The notes: generated by a model not told the origin, from the letters alone. Positions 1 through 10,459 are shown, numbered from the stretch's first letter. The stretch: 64,000 nt of DNA from Chthoniobacteraceae bacterium (GCA_031409335.1 JANNWY010000214.1:53233-117232), one strand, 5' to 3'. A program made the numbers and translations.

Positions 1-179
1 AGAATCCAGTATGGGTCTTCCGCTTTGGCGCTGGACCAATCCTTTGCCGCTAGCGAGCGGACCGCGATTCGCTTGAGATTCAGCGCGGCACCGGCTCGGA
101 GGGTTTCGGCGACTGCGGGGTCGCCCGAGCCATCGACGATCGCGTTGACGGGAGGAGAACGGCGTTCTAGCGCGCTTTT

Positions 180-329
180 ATGGCCCTGAGAGATCCCCCA
201 GACTTTTCCACCCGATGCAGCGTCGGCGGTAAACGGAAACCGCCACCTCCTCCTGCCAAGAAAGCCGCGGCGAAACCCCGGGCAGTCAAAGCGGCGCGGA
301 CGAGGAAGGCCCCGGCGCGAAGGAAATAA
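180..329 (+). CDS. Small basic Pro/Lys/Ala-rich peptide (49 aa), below the ORF-track cutoff
   Basis: ATG at 180 to TAA at 329 gives MALRDPPDFSTRCSVGGKRKPPPPPAKKAAAKPRAVKAARTRKAPARRK. It ends 54 bp upstream of the next gene on the same strand. Confidence 0.4.
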   Translation: MALRDPPDFSTRCSVGGKRKPPPPPAKKAAAKPRAVKAARTRKAPARRK

Positions 330-383
330 CCCCTTTTCACTCTTTTCACCCGCGCGGAAAACAGCACCCCACTATCACCAACC

Positions 384-3224
384 ATGCCGATCATTACCTG
401 CACCCCGAGGATCATGACGCCGGAACGGGAAGCACTGGCCCGGCGGCGCAGTATCGAAATCAACCCTGCCAATGCCGATCTCGTGCGGGAAGTGGAACGC
501 GATGCGGGCGGACGCCGCGGCGGGCGGCGGCTGGCGCTGCTCGTTGGGAATCGCTGGCCGGAGGCGGGCGTGCGGCTCTCCGTGCAGTTTCTCGACAAGC
601 CCTCCAAGGAACTCCGCCAGCGTCTCCTGCTGCACATGAATGCGTGGGACAAGACGGCGAACATCCGCTTCGTCGAGACGAAAGGCACGGGGCATGTCCG
701 CCTCGCGCGTTCGGACGATCCCGATTTGGGAGGCTATTGGTCGTGGGTCGGCACCGAGATCCTCGCGGTCGAGCACGAAGACGAGCCCACGATGAATCTG
801 GAAGGCTTCACCATGAAAACGCCGGATGAGGAATTTCACCGCGTGGTGCGCCACGAGGCCGGGCACACGCTGGGTTTTGACCACGAGCACATGCGCGCGG
901 AGCTGGTGAAAAAGATCGACGTGAAAAAAGCGATCGTTCACTTCCGCCACACCGACGGCTGGAGCGCGGAGGAGACGCGCGCGCAAGTGCTCACGCCGCT
1001 GAGGGCCAAGTCCATCATGGGCACGACTGAGGCCGATCCGACCTCGATCATGTGTTATCAAATCCCCGGCGAGATCACGAAGGATGGCCGGCCGATCCCC
1101 GGCGGGCTCGACATCAATGAAAAGGATTTCGCCTTTGCCGCGAAAGTCTATCCCAAGACGGGAAAAGAGCCGCCGCCTCCGCCCAAAGCGAAAGCCGCAG
1201 CCGGCGAGACTGCCACGCAGAGCACGGCGAACAAGGAGTACAAGAATGAGGCCAGCGAAAGCGTCGAGCCGCCCGTCGCCCCGCGCAGCCAGTCGCTGGG
1301 TCTGGAGGAAGCGGACACCTTTCAAATCCTCGTCATGGATGACTTCGATCCCGAGGACATCCGATCGAGTCTCGCCGATTGCCAGGAAAAGGTTGCGCTC
1401 GCTTCCGTCGGCGGCACGGCAAAGCCCGAGCCCGGCCAGCTTCCGCCGAAAAAGCCGAAGCCGAAGTATGCGCGCGTTTTTGCCAGCTACGGCGGAGCGC
1501 GTGTCTCGTGCGCCATGCGTCTGCGCGCGGACAAGGGCGAGGAGCCCACGCCTTTCGGCAAAATCATCCGCGTCCACGAGCAGATCAAAAACTACACCGA
1601 CCGCGAAAAGGGCAGCCTGCCGGATGATGATGAGATGATGAAATTTGGGACGAACCTTTTCGACGCGCTCTTCCCCGGCGTCGTCGGACGGCTCTACGAC
1701 GAAGCGCGCTCGCGCCAGCGCCACCGCAAGCTCGATCTCGTCTTCACCTCCATGATCCCGTGGATCGCCGAAAAGCCTTGGGAATTTGCCTACGACAAAG
1801 TGCGCAACAGCTTCCTCGCCACCGAGGAAATCCACCTGATCCGCAATGTGCTGACGGCCGTGCCCGCCAATGTCATCCCACCGCTCAGCGGCCCTCTGCG
1901 CATCCTCGTGGCGTCGGCGCAGCCGGTGGGCTTTGGCCGACTCTCCATCACGCAGGAGGAAACGGTCATCCGTCGCGGATTCCAGCCGCTCATCGACGCG
2001 GGCTCCGTCGTCGTCAAAGTCCTGCCGCACGCCACGCCCGGCCTCATCCACGGCGAACTGGCGACGGGGAATTACAACATCATCCACTTCATCGGACACG
2101 GCGTGTACGACGAGGGGAAAAAGGAGGGAATGCTCATCTTTGAAAATGAGCGCGGCGATGAATACCCGCTCGGCGAACGCTCCGTGCGCGAGATCTTCTG
2201 CCAGCGCGGCGTGAGCCTCGTCTTCCTGAATGCCTGCCAGACGGGCGCGGGCGGACGGGCGGATTTTAACAAAGGCGTCGCGCAATCCCTCGTCGCGCAC
2301 GGTCTGCCCGCGCTCGTGGCGAATCAATACAGCGTGCTGGATTCCTCGGCCACGTCGTTCGCCCAATTCTTCTACTGGGCGCTCGCGCAAGGCATGAGCC
2401 TCGGCCAGGCCGCGCGCGAGGCCCGCATCGCCGTGAACTATTCCCTGACCGGCGATCCCATCGACTGGGCCGTCCCCGTCGTTTATGCCCGCGAACCGAA
2501 TAAATCCCTCTGCGCCAAACCGGAAACCGTCGATCCCATTCCCGCCACCGCCGTGCGCCAAACTCTCCGCCACGCGCTGCGCGACCGGCGGACGCGCGTC
2601 GCCTTTTGGGATATTGATAACGTCTTCCCGGCGCTCGAAGGCACGCTCGCCACGATGAATGAAGCGCAGTCCGAATTCGGCTTCGAGCTGGCCGCCCTCT
2701 CCGCGCCCGTGGACGCGTGGGACTTGGAAAACAAATCGCCCGACGGCTCACCGTACCTCTGGGCCAACAAAGTCGCCGAACGCCTGAAGCGGACCACAAT
2801 CGATCTCCGCGTGGACATCCTAGCCTGCATCACCCGGCACTGGATGTGCAACGATGACTCCATAAATATTTACGGCTGGTGGGCCGATCATCAGGAAACG
2901 CCCGTCGTCATGTTTTCCGCCGCCGGGCTCGATGACCTGGAGCCGGAGGGAAGCCAGACCGACCGGCTGCTGGCCAATGTGCTCGTGTTGCTGCTCGCTG
3001 GATATTTCAGCGAGATGGATTGCCACGATAAAAAGCGGGAAACGGAGTGCCCGCTCTTCCGAAATGCCGACCGCGACTTCGGGCACATGACGGGGCCGCA
3101 GCAGTTCGACAAAATCTGCCGCGCGAAATTGCGGACGAAAATTCCCAAACTACTCCCCGCCCTCGAAACCCTCCTGCAAACTTTTCAACCACCGCAACTC
3201 GCAAACCGGAAAACCAAGCCATGA
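384..3224 (+). CDS. Astacin-like (M12A) zinc metalloprotease fused to a CHAT (caspase-like) domain and a C-terminal domain
   Basis: HEAGHTLGFDHEH zinc motif and SIMCY Met-turn; CHAT His/Cys dyad motifs IIHFIGHG and VFLNAC; PWE motif; no signal peptide. Confidence 0.88.
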   Translation: MPIITCTPRIMTPEREALARRRSIEINPANADLVREVERDAGGRRGGRRLALLVGNRWPEAGVRLSVQFLDKPSKELRQRLLLHMNAWDKTANIRFVETKGTGHVRLARSDDPDLGGYWSWVGTEILAVEHEDEPTMNLEGFTMKTPDEEFHRVVRHEAGHTLGFDHEHMRAELVKKIDVKKAIVHFRHTDGWSAEETRAQVLTPLRAKSIMGTTEADPTSIMCYQIPGEITKDGRPIPGGLDINEKDFAFAAKVYPKTGKEPPPPPKAKAAAGETATQSTANKEYKNEASESVEPPVAPRSQSLGLEEADTFQILVMDDFDPEDIRSSLADCQEKVALASVGGTAKPEPGQLPPKKPKPKYARVFASYGGARVSCAMRLRADKGEEPTPFGKIIRVHEQIKNYTDREKGSLPDDDEMMKFGTNLFDALFPGVVGRLYDEARSRQRHRKLDLVFTSMIPWIAEKPWEFAYDKVRNSFLATEEIHLIRNVLTAVPANVIPPLSGPLRILVASAQPVGFGRLSITQEETVIRRGFQPLIDAGSVVVKVLPHATPGLIHGELATGNYNIIHFIGHGVYDEGKKEGMLIFENERGDEYPLGERSVREIFCQRGVSLVFLNACQTGAGGRADFNKGVAQSLVAHGLPALVANQYSVLDSSATSFAQFFYWALAQGMSLGQAAREARIAVNYSLTGDPIDWAVPVVYAREPNKSLCAKPETVDPIPATAVRQTLRHALRDRRTRVAFWDIDNVFPALEGTLATMNEAQSEFGFELAALSAPVDAWDLENKSPDGSPYLWANKVAERLKRTTIDLRVDILACITRHWMCNDDSINIYGWWADHQETPVVMFSAAGLDDLEPEGSQTDRLLANVLVLLLAGYFSEMDCHDKKRETECPLFRNADRDFGHMTGPQQFDKICRAKLRTKIPKLLPALETLLQTFQPPQLANRKTKP

Positions 3225-4384
3225 CTCAGCCCAAAAAAATAAAATCCGCTCGCAAAAATTCCCCGAAACCCGCTGCCAAAGCCGCGCCCCGAAAAAAATC
3301 CCCCACGCGCGCTGCCCGTGCCACCGCTCCCGCTGGCGAAAGCCCCGTCACCCTCGAGCAAGCCCGCGCCCTCGTCCGCGCCCGCGCCCCGAAGCGCGCC
3401 TTGCGCGGGCCCGCCGCTACCGCTCCGGCGGCTTCGCCCGAGAGCATTGGGCTCGCCCGCGAACGACTCGCCGCAGAGCGACGCCGGGAAGATGAGCGGC
3501 GCATCCGCGAGTATCAGGCGACGATGGAAATCATGAAACGGCGCGGCGTGAAAGGTCTGGATGCCAAGGCGGTGAAAGCCGGCAAACGCCGCGCTCCCGG
3601 AGCAGGCCGGCCCGCCGCCGCCCCGAAAGCACCCGCCGCACAGCCTCTGCAAATTTTTGCCGAAGGCGATTCCTGGTTCGACTACCCTCCCTTCCTCTTC
3701 AGCGGCGGCCTCATCCCGCGCCTCGAAAAAAGGCTCGGCGTCCCCATTCTGAATCTCGCCAAGGCCGGCGATGAAGTCCGCTACATGCTTGGCGTCGAGC
3801 AGCGAAGAATCCTCACGCAAAAACTCAGCGATGGTAGTCCCGCCGGCGGCCCGTGGGATGCGCTGCTTTTCTCCGGCGGAGGAAACGACATCGTCGATAA
3901 CCCGATGGCGCTTTGGGTCCGGGACTTTGTGCCCGCGAAGCCGGCCAAGGCCCTTATCCATCAAGCGCGCTACGATTCCGCCCTTGCGCTAGTCCGCGCC
4001 GGCTACGAAGACCTCATCACCCTGCGCGACAGCTACAGCCCCGGCACGCGCCTCATCTTCCACGCCTACGATTTCGCCATCCCGGATGGACGCGGCGTAT
4101 GCCACCTCGGCCCGTGGATGAAGCCGACCTTCGACCTGCGCAAATTTCCCGCTGCCTCGTCCCTCCGGTTTGAAGTCGTAAAGGAAATGCTGAAACAATT
4201 CGCTGCCCTCATGCTGTCGCTGGAAAGCCATTCGCGCGTGACCTTCATCAACGGCCAGGGAACCCTCACGCCGGGTCCCGGCTCGTGGCACAACGAATTG
4301 CACCCCACGAAAGATGGCTTCGACCTGTTCGCCGACCTCTTTCACAAAAAATTGCAGGCGCTCTTTCCAACCCGCGTGCTTTGA
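3221..4384 (+). CDS. SGNH/GDSL-like hydrolase with a long basic Lys/Ala/Pro-rich N-terminus
   Basis: Blocks AEGDSWF, LFSGGGND and WHNELHP. ATG at 3221 overlaps the upstream TGA (ATGA). Confidence 0.8.
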   Translation: MTQPKKIKSARKNSPKPAAKAAPRKKSPTRAARATAPAGESPVTLEQARALVRARAPKRALRGPAATAPAASPESIGLARERLAAERRREDERRIREYQATMEIMKRRGVKGLDAKAVKAGKRRAPGAGRPAAAPKAPAAQPLQIFAEGDSWFDYPPFLFSGGLIPRLEKRLGVPILNLAKAGDEVRYMLGVEQRRILTQKLSDGSPAGGPWDALLFSGGGNDIVDNPMALWVRDFVPAKPAKALIHQARYDSALALVRAGYEDLITLRDSYSPGTRLIFHAYDFAIPDGRGVCHLGPWMKPTFDLRKFPAASSLRFEVVKEMLKQFAALMLSLESHSRVTFINGQGTLTPGPGSWHNELHPTKDGFDLFADLFHKKLQALFPTRVL

Positions 4385-4503
4385 CCGGCGGGAGCGATGA
4401 TCGGAAGGCCGCGGTTCCGCGCGCCGCGCGCCCGCATTTTTCCCCGGAGGAAAATGCGAGCCGGATTCGCTCGCCTCGAATTGCTGACCGCCGCACGACG
4501 ATC

Positions 4504-4603
4504 GGAAATTCCGAATTCCAAGCGTAAAATTCCGGCCTTACGCCGGGAACGATCTTCCGGCTGAAATTTGTTTGTAATTCGGTGCTTGGGATTTGGAATT
4601 TCC
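4504..4603. repeat. Intergenic inverted repeat with 20-bp arms
   Basis: GGAAATTCCGAATTCCAAGC (4504-4523) pairs with GCTTGGGATTTGGAATTTCC (4584-4603), 2 mismatches. Confidence 0.55.
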
Positions 4604-4643
4604 CGCAAACGGTGTTTCATCTCCGGTCCTCAAAAAAACACCT

Positions 4644-5627
4644 ATGAAAACTCCCATCCGTGTCGCCGTCACTGGCGCAGCCGGTCAGATCGGCTACTCA
4701 CTCCTTTTTCGCATCGCCTCCGGCGCCATGTTCGGCCCGGATCAGCCGGTCGAACTCAACCTCATCGAAATCGCCCCCGCGCTCCCGACCCTCGGCGGCG
4801 TGGTAATGGAACTCGATGACTGCGCATTTCCCCTCCTGAAAAAAATCGTGGCCACCGCCGATCTCGACGAGGGATTCAAAGGTGTGAACTGGGCGCTGCT
4901 CGTCGGCAGCGTCCCGCGCAAGGCTGGGATGGAGCGCAAGGATTTGCTCGGGATCAACGGGAAGATTTTCATCGGCCAGGGCCAGGCGATCGCGCGCAAT
5001 GCCGCCTCGGACGCGCGCATTCTCGTCGTCGGAAATCCGTGCAACACGAATAGCCTCATCGCGATGAACAACGCGAAGAGCATCCCTGCGGATCGCTGGT
5101 TTGCGATGACGCGGCTCGATGAAAATCGCGCGAAAGCCCAGCTCGCCGCGAAGGCGGGCGTGGACATCACGCGCGTGTCGAATGTGGCGATTTGGGGAAA
5201 TCATTCCGCCACGCAATATCCCGATTTTCACAATGCGCGGATCGACGGACGCGCCGTCACCGATGTCATCGCGGATCACGGATGGCTCGAAGGCGACTTC
5301 ATTGCCACGGTGCAGCAGCGCGGCGCGGCGATCATCAAGGCGCGCGGCTCTTCCAGCGCCGCATCCGCCGCGAATGCCGTGGTGGACACCGTGCGTTCGC
5401 TGACGACGCTGACGCCGGATGGCGACTGGTACAGCGTCGCCGTGTGCGCCAACGGTGAATACGGCACCGACGCCGGCCTCATTTCGTCGTTCCCCATCCG
5501 CACGACTTCCGGCAGCTACGAGATCGTGAATGGCGTGCCGGTAAATGCATTCAGCCGCACAAGAATCGACGCTACGCTCAACGAACTGCGCGAAGAGAAA
5601 TCGCTCGTGGCGGAACTGCTGGGCTAA
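4644..5627 (+). CDS. mdh: Malate dehydrogenase (NAD, MDH type 2)
   Basis: [43 protein letters not shown] and [12 protein letters not shown] motifs. Start placed at MKTPIR. Confidence 0.97.
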   Translation: MKTPIRVAVTGAAGQIGYSLLFRIASGAMFGPDQPVELNLIEIAPALPTLGGVVMELDDCAFPLLKKIVATADLDEGFKGVNWALLVGSVPRKAGMERKDLLGINGKIFIGQGQAIARNAASDARILVVGNPCNTNSLIAMNNAKSIPADRWFAMTRLDENRAKAQLAAKAGVDITRVSNVAIWGNHSATQYPDFHNARIDGRAVTDVIADHGWLEGDFIATVQQRGAAIIKARGSSSAASAANAVVDTVRSLTTLTPDGDWYSVAVCANGEYGTDAGLISSFPIRTTSGSYEIVNGVPVNAFSRTRIDATLNELREEKSLVAELLG

Positions 5628-5672
5628 ACGGGGCGCGTCGGTGGAGGCCGTCGCTCCGCCGCGCCATGACTC

Positions 5673-7070
5673 TCACACGCCGAAAGCGGCGGGAGGCAGC
5701 GCGCGGTCGATTTCTCCCAGCCGGTAGCCGAAGCCCGGCCCGCGGATGCTGCCTAAATCCACACAACCATCCCTTCGCCTGTAAAGTCCCGGATGAACTG
5801 CGGCCTCCGGCGCGGATGCCTCGGGATAGAACTGCATGGCATTCGTTTCCACACCCATGATCGTCCCAACATGGGAGGCGAGCGCGACGTGCGGGATCTG
5901 CGCGAGCATTGGGTTGGTGAGGTCTTGCACCATGAGTTGCATCCCGCGCGCCTTTGCCCAGCAGGCGGTCAGTAGCGCGCCGGTCTGCGTCTTGCAGGTT
6001 TTTAGCGCGACGCCGTTCCAACCCAGACGCCAACCCAGCCGGACCATCCGCCAATCATGCGCGCTTTCATCGAGGAACAGCGGCCTGCGAGCTGACACGC
6101 TGCGGACATCGATCCGATGTTTTTCCAAGTCATACGGGAATGGCTGCTCGACATAGAGTAACATGTCGAAAATCCGGGGATGCTGGTCGCGCAGACGATC
6201 CAGGATGACGGAGACATAGTCGGGGTCGGTGACTGTGCAGTTAAAGTCGGCAGACAGATGTGCCACTGCGAGCGCCCCTGCGACCTCACCGACCCGCACC
6301 ATGCGTTCGTAGTCCCATTCCGCGTCGGTGCCCCGCAGTTTTACTTTCAGGCATTTCAGGCCATCGACACGAATCCAGTCGGGCAATAGCACGGGATACC
6401 CATCGTTTGGCTCGTCGCCCTTTAACTCCGTCTGATCGAGCAAGTCCAATCCCCCGACCAGATGCCATGCAGGCAATTGAGCGGATGGCTGGCTTTCAAG
6501 AAAATCCTGCGGGAACTTGCCCTCGAAACTCAAGCCGTCCGAAGCCTCCAGAAACGCCCCCAAATCACGGTTCATGAAATCCGCGTTGTAGGTTTCGTAG
6601 ATGGGTCGTTGCACGAGTTGCCCGAAGGCATCGTGCAGCGCGATGTCGAAGGGCGAACAGCAGACCAGCGCGGCGAGCCAGGGCATGGCTTCGGATTCCG
6701 CTTTGCGCGCCGCATTTGCCCGTGCCAGCAGCGAGGGGAGGATGTGCTCCTGGAAGTCATGGCCGATTTCCATGGCATGGCCTCGTGGCTCGAATGACGA
6801 CCATGCACGGGCGAGTGCCACGCAGAAATCCTGCAATGCCTGGGCCCGTACACCGACAGGCAATGAACTCGGCCAAACCCATGTCGAGCTGAGGGGTGTT
6901 TCGCCCCAACCCACCGCGGTTTCCCCGCGTTCATTTGCCACTCGCAACATCACCCGCGCGCACACGACTTCTGTTACGGTCTCGGCTCCGAACTTCAACG
7001 GCACGCGAGTATGCACGGGCAGAAAGTAAAGCGAGGTGCCCACCACCCGGATGTCTGTGGCCTTGCTCAT
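5673..7070 (-). CDS. Enolase-superfamily (mandelate racemase/muconate lactonizing-like) enzyme
   Basis: GWGET in the capping domain, SPFDIALHDA, KxK motif (LKVKL), metal ligands ADFN / VEQP / LDES. Confidence 0.8.
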   Translation of the reverse strand: MSKATDIRVVGTSLYFLPVHTRVPLKFGAETVTEVVCARVMLRVANERGETAVGWGETPLSSTWVWPSSLPVGVRAQALQDFCVALARAWSSFEPRGHAMEIGHDFQEHILPSLLARANAARKAESEAMPWLAALVCCSPFDIALHDAFGQLVQRPIYETYNADFMNRDLGAFLEASDGLSFEGKFPQDFLESQPSAQLPAWHLVGGLDLLDQTELKGDEPNDGYPVLLPDWIRVDGLKCLKVKLRGTDAEWDYERMVRVGEVAGALAVAHLSADFNCTVTDPDYVSVILDRLRDQHPRIFDMLLYVEQPFPYDLEKHRIDVRSVSARRPLFLDESAHDWRMVRLGWRLGWNGVALKTCKTQTGALLTACWAKARGMQLMVQDLTNPMLAQIPHVALASHVGTIMGVETNAMQFYPEASAPEAAVHPGLYRRRDGCVDLGSIRGPGFGYRLGEIDRALPPAAFGV

Positions 7071-7079
7071 CGTCGGCGA

Positions 7080-8372
7080 TTAGTCTGGAAGCGGCTTATC
7101 CTTGGTTTCGGGCGCGAACCAGATGAGGACCATGCCGACGAGATATACCAGCACGATCGCTGCACCGGCTTTGGGGTAACTCTTGTCGAAGAAGGCCATC
7201 AGTGAACCCATTTGCCATGCGCCGACCGCGGCGACGATTCGTCCGCAATTGAAGGCCAGTCCCTGCCCGGTGGCGCGGACGCGGGTCGGGAATAGCTCCG
7301 GCAGGTACTGAGGCAGCCATCCATAGAAAGACGCGGTACACATTCCCACGACGAAAACGCCCGCGAGAAACCAGCCGTCGTAGTGCTCGAAGGATCGGAA
7401 GAGGACGCTGCACACGAGCAAAGAAACCAAGCACAGACAAAAGTAAACCGGACGCCGGCCAAACTTCCAACCGAGGAGGGGCGCGATCAAACTTCCGATC
7501 ACTGCCCCGAGCGCGGATGCAAGCTGGATGTAGGCTTTGACCTTTGGCTGCTTGCCACCGGTCATCTGATCCGCCCACAAGGGAATCCACTGCACGATGC
7601 CCCATGTAACGATGAGTGCCACCGACGAAAAGCAGATCGCCAGGAGGGTGGAGCGCAGCAGTTTCGGGCTAAAAATTTCGCGGATCGGATTTGAAGGACC
7701 ATCCTTCAGCGATTTCTTCCAGCGCTCCGACTCTGGCACAAACAGCCGGATCAGGAAGGTGAGAAGGGCCGGCGTCATTCCCACGATCATCACCCAGCGC
7801 CAGGATTCGCGGGTGATTTCGAAGTTGATCCCGATGATCGCGATCGTGGCGTACCCGAGATTGGCCGCCGCGCCGATGAGGCCGGCCATCAGCGGACGTT
7901 TGCTCGCCGGCCAGCATTCCATGACGAGGGCCACGCCGAGCGCCCATTCGCCGCCCATGCCAAGCGCTGCGATGAAACGAAACGCACCGAGATGCCAGGG
8001 TTCCCGTGAGAAGTAGGCGAGGCCGGTAAAAAGGGAGTAGCAAAGGATGCTCAAACTCATCGCGCGCACGCGACCCACCTTGTCGCCCAGCCAGCCGAAA
8101 ACCACCCCACCCACGGCGGCGCCGAGCAGGAATAGGGCGGTGATTCGCCCCATCCACATTTGCACAAATTTCTCGTCCAGCACGCCTGCCGCGAGTTGCA
8201 TCTCCTGCAGCGCCGGTCGGGCGACGAGAGGGAAGATACCCATCTCCAAACCGTCAAACATCCAGCCAAGAAATGCCGCGAGAAAGGCCATCCATTGGGC
8301 GGACGTTAGCTTTGGTTCGCCCGCCGTCGGAGGGATTGTTCCGGTTATTGGACCGATTGAAATTTTACTCAT
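7080..8372 (-). CDS. MFS transporter
   Basis: About 12 hydrophobic segments; GWLGDKVGRV motif A, GMGGEW, ELFPTRVRATG. Confidence 0.93.
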   Translation of the reverse strand: MSKISIGPITGTIPPTAGEPKLTSAQWMAFLAAFLGWMFDGLEMGIFPLVARPALQEMQLAAGVLDEKFVQMWMGRITALFLLGAAVGGVVFGWLGDKVGRVRAMSLSILCYSLFTGLAYFSREPWHLGAFRFIAALGMGGEWALGVALVMECWPASKRPLMAGLIGAAANLGYATIAIIGINFEITRESWRWVMIVGMTPALLTFLIRLFVPESERWKKSLKDGPSNPIREIFSPKLLRSTLLAICFSSVALIVTWGIVQWIPLWADQMTGGKQPKVKAYIQLASALGAVIGSLIAPLLGWKFGRRPVYFCLCLVSLLVCSVLFRSFEHYDGWFLAGVFVVGMCTASFYGWLPQYLPELFPTRVRATGQGLAFNCGRIVAAVGAWQMGSLMAFFDKSYPKAGAAIVLVYLVGMVLIWFAPETKDKPLPD

Positions 8373-8384
8373 CGGGACTCCCCA

Positions 8385-9167
8385 CTAATCGACGCCAATC
8401 AAGCTATCGCCAACATCGCCTGCCCTGTCTTGAGATCGCAACGGGATCGGTAGCGCTGGTTCGAGACTCTTCCGCCATTCATCTGCGAGTTCTTCGATGC
8501 CGCGGCCAGTGCGTGTTTCCCACAGCTCCGCGACGTCGCGCTTCTCGCGCAGGGCAGCGTTGAGTTCCTTGAGCAATTCCTTGTCGTATTTGCCGATGAC
8601 GAAGTTTAGGAAATTCGCGCTGATGCGGTAGCTGCCATCGTGTTTCGCGGAGGCAGCGCGTTTCGGCGGGATTTCGCAGCCTTTCGACTCGGGCTCGTAA
8701 AGGTACCAACGGATGTAGTCCGGGATTCCCTCGACAAGCCATCCGGGCGGACGGCCTCCGCGATATTGCTGCACCACGTGAACGAGTTCATGCACGAGCG
8801 AGCCGATGGCTTCGCCTTTGAGCTGGATGCGATACCACGCGGGATTGCATTCGATGCGATTCCCACCAGTCGCGGCGACGCCTTTGTTACGTTCGGTAAA
8901 GGTAATGTTGAAGGTCTTTGGGGCGGAGTAGCCTTCACTCGGGAGCATGGCAACGATGAGCGGATACCACTTTACCATGACGGGAATGAGATCGCGATGC
9001 GCCCACTCCGTAAGGTCGGGAGACTCAGTGGTATCGACCGTGAAACGGTAGCCACCCTCGGCGATTTCCACGGATTTGACGTTGGGCGTTTCATCCGGGA
9101 ATGAGATTGCCGAGAGGCACGCGAAGACTGCAAGCGAAGCCGCCCACCCTCGCGATGCCGCAATCAC
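8385..9167 (-). CDS. BSP (basic secretory protein)-family putative zinc peptidase, exported
   Basis: Signal-like N-terminus; HELVHVVQQY followed by PGWLVEGIPDYIR. Confidence 0.8.
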   Translation of the reverse strand: MIAASRGWAASLAVFACLSAISFPDETPNVKSVEIAEGGYRFTVDTTESPDLTEWAHRDLIPVMVKWYPLIVAMLPSEGYSAPKTFNITFTERNKGVAATGGNRIECNPAWYRIQLKGEAIGSLVHELVHVVQQYRGGRPPGWLVEGIPDYIRWYLYEPESKGCEIPPKRAASAKHDGSYRISANFLNFVIGKYDKELLKELNAALREKRDVAELWETRTGRGIEELADEWRKSLEPALPIPLRSQDRAGDVGDSLIGVD

Positions 9168-9595
9168 GGATTGATGAAAATGCGGTCGCAGGATGGATCG
9201 ACCACTTTCGCTCCGCGCGGAATGCCGGCTACGTCGATGAGATTCCGGTTGCCATAAGGGCTGCGGACGAGTCCATAGCGGCCGGTGCGGGAACCCACCG
9301 GATAGCTGCGCTCGTAACTCCGGTATTCGCGATCGCGGCTGGAGTAGCGTGAATCGTAGTAGCCATCGTCGTATCCGCGTTCGCGCTCCCTTTTCGCAGC
9401 ATGGCCGAGCAGTGCGCCGGCTCCCGCGCCGATGGCCGCGCCCGCGAGCGCGTCGCTGCCGCGCCCGTGCAGGAGACCGCCGATGGCTGCGCCGGTCGCC
9501 GCACCTGCGAGCGCGCTTTCGCCAGTGGTTTCGCAGCCGCTAAATGTGAATGCGCTGATGAGTGCGAGGGAAATGGCGGGAATGAATCTTTTCAT
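9164..9595 (-). CDS. Glycine-zipper lipoprotein
   Basis: Lipobox-like FSGC; GAATGAAIGG and GAAIGAGAGALLG repeats. Confidence 0.8.
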   Translation of the reverse strand: MKRFIPAISLALISAFTFSGCETTGESALAGAATGAAIGGLLHGRGSDALAGAAIGAGAGALLGHAAKRERERGYDDGYYDSRYSSRDREYRSYERSYPVGSRTGRYGLVRSPYGNRNLIDVAGIPRGAKVVDPSCDRIFINP

Positions 9596-9660
9596 GGTGT
9601 GTGGGACTTAGACTGAGAATCGACTTCGACGCAAGCGGCGGATGCCCATTCAAAATGCGA

Positions 9661-10440
9661 TCACGCGCCGAGCTTTTCGTAGAGCTTGGCGAGCCGGCGC
9701 GCGTGTTCATCGTAGGCGGACTCGAACAGTGCGACCGCGCGCTCTTCACCGACGATCACCGCGCCGCTCAGGACTTTTGGCGGATGCCCCGCGCGGGTGA
9801 GACGCGCGGCCACTTCCGCCTTGATCGCATTCACGAGCAGGCAGCCGCCGACCGTCGAGCCGGGCGCAACCGGCGTGTCGAGCCCGTCGATTTTCACCAT
9901 CGCATCGCCGACCGGCGCGCCGGTATCGAGCACGATGTCGGCGAAATCCTGGAGCTTGCGTCCGTCCGCGCGTTTGCTCGTGCTGGCCTCGCTGTGCGCG
10001 CGGCTGATGATCGCCACCACGCGCACGCCGCGCCGCTGAAATTCCCCGGCCATTTCGATCGGCACGACATTGCAGCCGCTGGATGAAATGACGAGCGCAC
10101 TATCCTGCGACGAGAGATCGAAATTCCGCAGCACGCGCTCCGCGAGACCGCTCACGTTTTCGAGGAACATCGCCTGCCGCTGCCCGTTCGCGCCGACGAC
10201 GAGATTGTGAAAGCTGAGCGACAGTTCGACGATCGGATTGAAGCCCGGAAACGAGCCGTAACGCGGCCACATTTCCTCGACCAAAATCCGCGAATGGCCG
10301 CTGCCGAAAAGATGGACCATCCGCCCAGCGAGGATGGTCGCGGCGAAGAGGTCGGCGGCTTGCGCGATGGCGTCGGTCTGCGCCTGCACGGCATCGACGA
10401 GCGCGCGGCATTTTGCGAGGTAGTCGAGGGCGGGAGTCAT
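9661..10440 (-). CDS. SIS-domain (sugar isomerase) protein
   Basis: FGSGHS, ISSSGCN and ADIVLDTG motifs. Confidence 0.88.
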   Translation of the reverse strand: MTPALDYLAKCRALVDAVQAQTDAIAQAADLFAATILAGRMVHLFGSGHSRILVEEMWPRYGSFPGFNPIVELSLSFHNLVVGANGQRQAMFLENVSGLAERVLRNFDLSSQDSALVISSSGCNVVPIEMAGEFQRRGVRVVAIISRAHSEASTSKRADGRKLQDFADIVLDTGAPVGDAMVKIDGLDTPVAPGSTVGGCLLVNAIKAEVAARLTRAGHPPKVLSGAVIVGEERAVALFESAYDEHARRLAKLYEKLGA

Positions 10441-10459
10441 GGGTGCCAGTCTGCGCTTT

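Noticed and set aside
375..2573. Long antisense ORFs (375-2573, and also 12088-13815, 20523-22844, 27364-29199, 40752-42911, 58807-60450)
   Set aside because: Shadow frames of strongly supported genes in GC-rich DNA, with no recognisable motifs.
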